Assembly: GCA_964447935.1 (NCBI GenBank)
Contig: CAYUVM010000001.1
Location: forward strand, 1-42,433
DNA: 42,433 nt
Direction of reading: 5' to 3'
Source of the DNA: an uncultured Cytophagia bacterium
GTDB taxonomy: Bacteria > Zhuqueibacterota > Zhuqueibacteria > Zhuqueibacterales > Zhuqueibacteraceae
The stretch's first letter is position 1, and each line of letters starts with the position of its first letter. Below the pieces are notes generated by a model that was not told the origin of the DNA, searched no databases, and saw only the letters and a program-made list of their open reading frames with translations. Below, piece by piece: positions 40,139 to 42,433 of this stretch. The translations under genes were made by a program, and so were the position numbers.

Positions 40139-41844
40139 TTGTTCTCTCCCTGAGCAAATTTATTTTTTTTGATGGTGATTCCGTGTTTTTTCATTTTATT
40201 GATAAATGCACTTTTGTGAAGGCGCGTTAGTTTGATGGCGTCGCGCTGCTTGCCTTTCGTTCGTTCGAGCAGCGCGATCAAAACATTGCGCTCGAAAGCG
40301 TCAGCAACCGCCCGGGTGGTTAACCTCAAAGGCATATCTAATGCCGGCTTGATGGCAATGAGCAATTGCTCGTGCAAACGCTGATCCGCAGCGGCATCAT
40401 TGCCTTCTACCGCCGGATGGCCCCAAATAAAATGAAAGCTTTGAAATTCTTTGGGAAGAAACTTGGAATAAAAACCGTCGGTATTAAATTTAGGGATGGA
40501 CATTGATATTTCAACGGTAGGCGCGCCGGAATCCGACCTCACTTCTTCAGGAAGATGAAGCGGCAGGATTAGTTCTTGTTCGGCCTTCAAAGCGGCGCGG
40601 GCCGCGGCGCGCACGATCGTTTCCAAATCACGAACGTTGCCGGGATGGGAATAATGCTGCAAAGCCTCGCCGGCCTCCCGGCTCAAGCGGATGCCGGCTT
40701 TGTAATCCTGATTGAATTTTTTTAAAAAGAAGTCCGCAAGACGCAGAATGTCTTCGCCGCGCTCGCGCAGCGGCGGCACGGTGATCGTGCTGCCGCGTTT
40801 CAAGCGGAAGAATAGATCTTCGCGGAATGCTTTCTTTTGCACCAACCCCGCAAGATCGCTGTTCGTCGCAAACATCAAACGCACGTCGGCGATTTTTTCT
40901 TCGCCCGCCCCGAGGGTGCGATAAACTTTGTGATCCAGAAAGCGCAGCAGCATGGTTTGCGCCTTCAAGCTCAAATTGCCGATTTCATCCAAAAACAACG
41001 CGCCGCCTTCCGCCTCTTCCACGACGCCGCGTTGACGTTGTGAAGCGCCGGTGAAGGCCCCTTTCCTATGGCCGAACAACTCGGAGGTGAGAATTTCATC
41101 TGGCGCCGACGAACAATCCACCGCCACAAATTTGCGCTCACCTCGATGGCTCTGGCGATGGAGCAGGCGCGCAATCAATTCTTTGCCGACGCCGCTCTCG
41201 CCGAGAATCAAAACATTTTCGTCATGCGACTTGCTAAAGGCGATTTCCTTCAACAACGGCTGCATCGCCGGGCTGTCGCCGATTAATTCCGTGTAGCCTA
41301 ATTCGCGATCACGCAAATGCTCGATTTCAAGCGTGAGGCGCTGGCGCTCTTGCTGCTGCTCGAGCTTTTTCTTCAAAGGCACGACCAGTTTTGCCGCCAA
41401 CTCGCGCAGTAACTCTTGCATTTGGTGGTTAAATTGCGCTTCGCGTTTGCGATTGTCGAGATAGATGACGCCGAGCGTGCGGCTCTCATCGCGCAAAGGC
41501 GCGCAGACCACGGATAAAATATTGTGGCCCCAAACCGTGGCGGAATCGCGAAAGCGCTCATCCTGCCGAGCATCAGCGCTGAGCACGATCGCATTGTTTT
41601 CTCGCACCCACGCGAGAATCTTTCGGCTGATTTTACTCTCCCGGCGGTCTTCGATATCTACGCCGTTTTTGCGCGCCTGCAAAAAAAGCGTTTCGCCCTT
41701 TTCATTATAAAGCTCGATCTGGCCGCGTTCGGCATGTGTGTCTTGAATCACCAGATCGAGAATTTTCGGCAAGGCTGCGGAGATATCAGATGTTTCCGAT
41801 AGCAGCCGATAAATTTGCAAAAGGGTGTGATCGAGGTGGAACAT
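40135..41844 (-). CDS. Sigma-54-dependent transcriptional activator (GAF sensor + AAA+ + Fis-type HTH), no receiver domain
   Basis: GGAGG lies 8 nt upstream of the ATG at 41844 (MFHLDH...). The N-terminal ~170 aa are GAF-like. AAA+ motifs are Walker A GESGVGKELIA, GAFTGA, Walker B GGALFLDEIG and FREDLFFRL. The C-terminal HTH is KGKQRDAIKLTRLHKSAFINKMKKHGI. Its stop overlaps the kinase start (ATGA at 40135-40138). Confidence 0.9.
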   Translation of the reverse strand: MFHLDHTLLQIYRLLSETSDISAALPKILDLVIQDTHAERGQIELYNEKGETLFLQARKNGVDIEDRRESKISRKILAWVRENNAIVLSADARQDERFRDSATVWGHNILSVVCAPLRDESRTLGVIYLDNRKREAQFNHQMQELLRELAAKLVVPLKKKLEQQQERQRLTLEIEHLRDRELGYTELIGDSPAMQPLLKEIAFSKSHDENVLILGESGVGKELIARLLHRQSHRGERKFVAVDCSSAPDEILTSELFGHRKGAFTGASQRQRGVVEEAEGGALFLDEIGNLSLKAQTMLLRFLDHKVYRTLGAGEEKIADVRLMFATNSDLAGLVQKKAFREDLFFRLKRGSTITVPPLRERGEDILRLADFFLKKFNQDYKAGIRLSREAGEALQHYSHPGNVRDLETIVRAAARAALKAEQELILPLHLPEEVRSDSGAPTVEISMSIPKFNTDGFYSKFLPKEFQSFHFIWGHPAVEGNDAAADQRLHEQLLIAIKPALDMPLRLTTRAVADAFERNVLIALLERTKGKQRDAIKLTRLHKSAFINKMKKHGITIKKNKFAQGENK

Positions 41845-42014
41845 CGTGTCTACCTCCACAATAATTTCCCAGCGTCGCCGTTTCTATATTTAGAATGGAA
41901 TTGATTGCAGAATGAGTGTCTTCGAGCTTAAATACCTGGACAGCTCAGTTTCATTAAAATCGAGCCTCACATAAAAAAGTACATCATCAAAAAAACATGT
42001 TGATTTGAAAGAGA

Positions 42015-42262
42015 TTAAACTTTGGGGTTGACAATTTTGCGAGGATAGATCTGCGAGGTCAGAATATCTTTGAGCTAAGTTAAAGGCTCCACGCGATTAA
42101 GCTTGGTGGTCGCGACCAAAGGGTAAATGATCGCCGCGCGCTTGCCACCATCGTTGAACGAACAAAGAGATAATCCTCCCGTCCCAACGCTACCGGTCGA
42201 GCCGTGTTGTACTCATGATGAAGTGATCGAGAAAATAAAGAGATTTTGTATAAGGATCCCAT
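42015..42262 (-). pseudogene. Decayed C-terminal fragment of an IS66-family transposase
   Basis: One frame gives ...EYNTARPVALGREDYLFVRS. Shifting by one nt gives NDGGKRAAIIYPLVATTKLNRVEPLT-TAG-LKDILTSQIYPRKIVNP. Together these match the IS66 TnpC C-terminal consensus as I recall it (...AER.lRp.ALGRKNyLFaGSd.GGeRAA..YsLi.TAKLNg.eP..YL.dVL..I..hP) but need one frameshift and one in-frame stop. No N-terminal part or inverted repeats are visible. Confidence 0.55.
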
Positions 42263-42332
42263 GCAAAAAATCTTTGTGATATTCTTGCGTCATTTCTTGT
42301 CCACGATTGTCCACATTTGTCCCTACCCCCCA

Positions 42333-42363
42333 AATAAAAAAGGGAATCACAAGGATTCCCTTT
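42333..42363 (-). terminator. Rho-independent terminator for a minus-strand gene lying beyond the right edge of the window
   Basis: AAAGGGAATC (42339-42348), the loop acaag, then GATTCCCTTT (42354-42363). On the minus strand the hairpin is followed by TTTTTTATTTGG. Confidence 0.6.
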
Positions 42364-42433
42364 CTCTACAAAATCAACTAATCAACTTTCTGACTTGGTG
42401 TTTTAGCCCCGATTTTATTGGCTCTTTTTAGCA

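Overview
This 42.4-kb window is almost fully coding and most genes are on the minus strand. All domain names come from motif recognition by eye, since no database search or structure prediction was possible.

**Left 33 kb: secreted and surface proteins.** Four genes (8075-10204, 10326-17966, 18069-29279, 29452-30561) end in a type IX secretion (T9SS) type-A C-terminal sorting domain (..NYPNPFNP....GVYFYRL....FVKTRKMLLVR). The source is therefore probably a member of the FCB superphylum or a related candidate phylum.
- A signal-peptide protein with an FG-GAP-like propeller, Sel1 repeats and a zinc-finger-like tail.
- Two Asp-box-like 40-aa-repeat propeller proteins.
- A putative lipoprotein.
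- A MORN-variant (YwqK-like) protein.
- Two adjacent giant paralogous genes (7.6 kb and 11.2 kb).
- An operon of outer-membrane barrel, vWA lipoprotein and a CsgG-like gene broken by an in-frame TAG.

**Right 9 kb: regulation.**
- A HisKA_3 histidine kinase with a NarL-type response regulator.
- A polytopic membrane protein.
- Two tandem paralogs of an unrecognised, internally duplicated cytoplasmic protein.
- A Ser/Thr kinase-TPR gene translationally coupled to a GAF-type sigma-54 activator.
- A decayed IS66-type transposase fragment at the edge.

**Most interesting signal.** The two giant T9SS genes share a collinear 8-unit CARDB scaffold and a C-terminal cassette, including a ~440-bp tract at about 93% nucleotide identity. 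They carry different N-terminal heads. They also carry non-homologous, Cys-rich, low-GC modules at the same internal site, and one of these has a phospholipase-A2-like C-x-x-H-D-x-C-Y motif.

**Other oddities.**
- A perfect 54-bp palindrome.
- A triplicated Shine-Dalgarno (SD)-like repeat ahead of the 11-kb gene.
- 77-nt perfect repeats inside that gene.
- A possible sigma-54-like promoter ahead of a 39-aa basic ORF.
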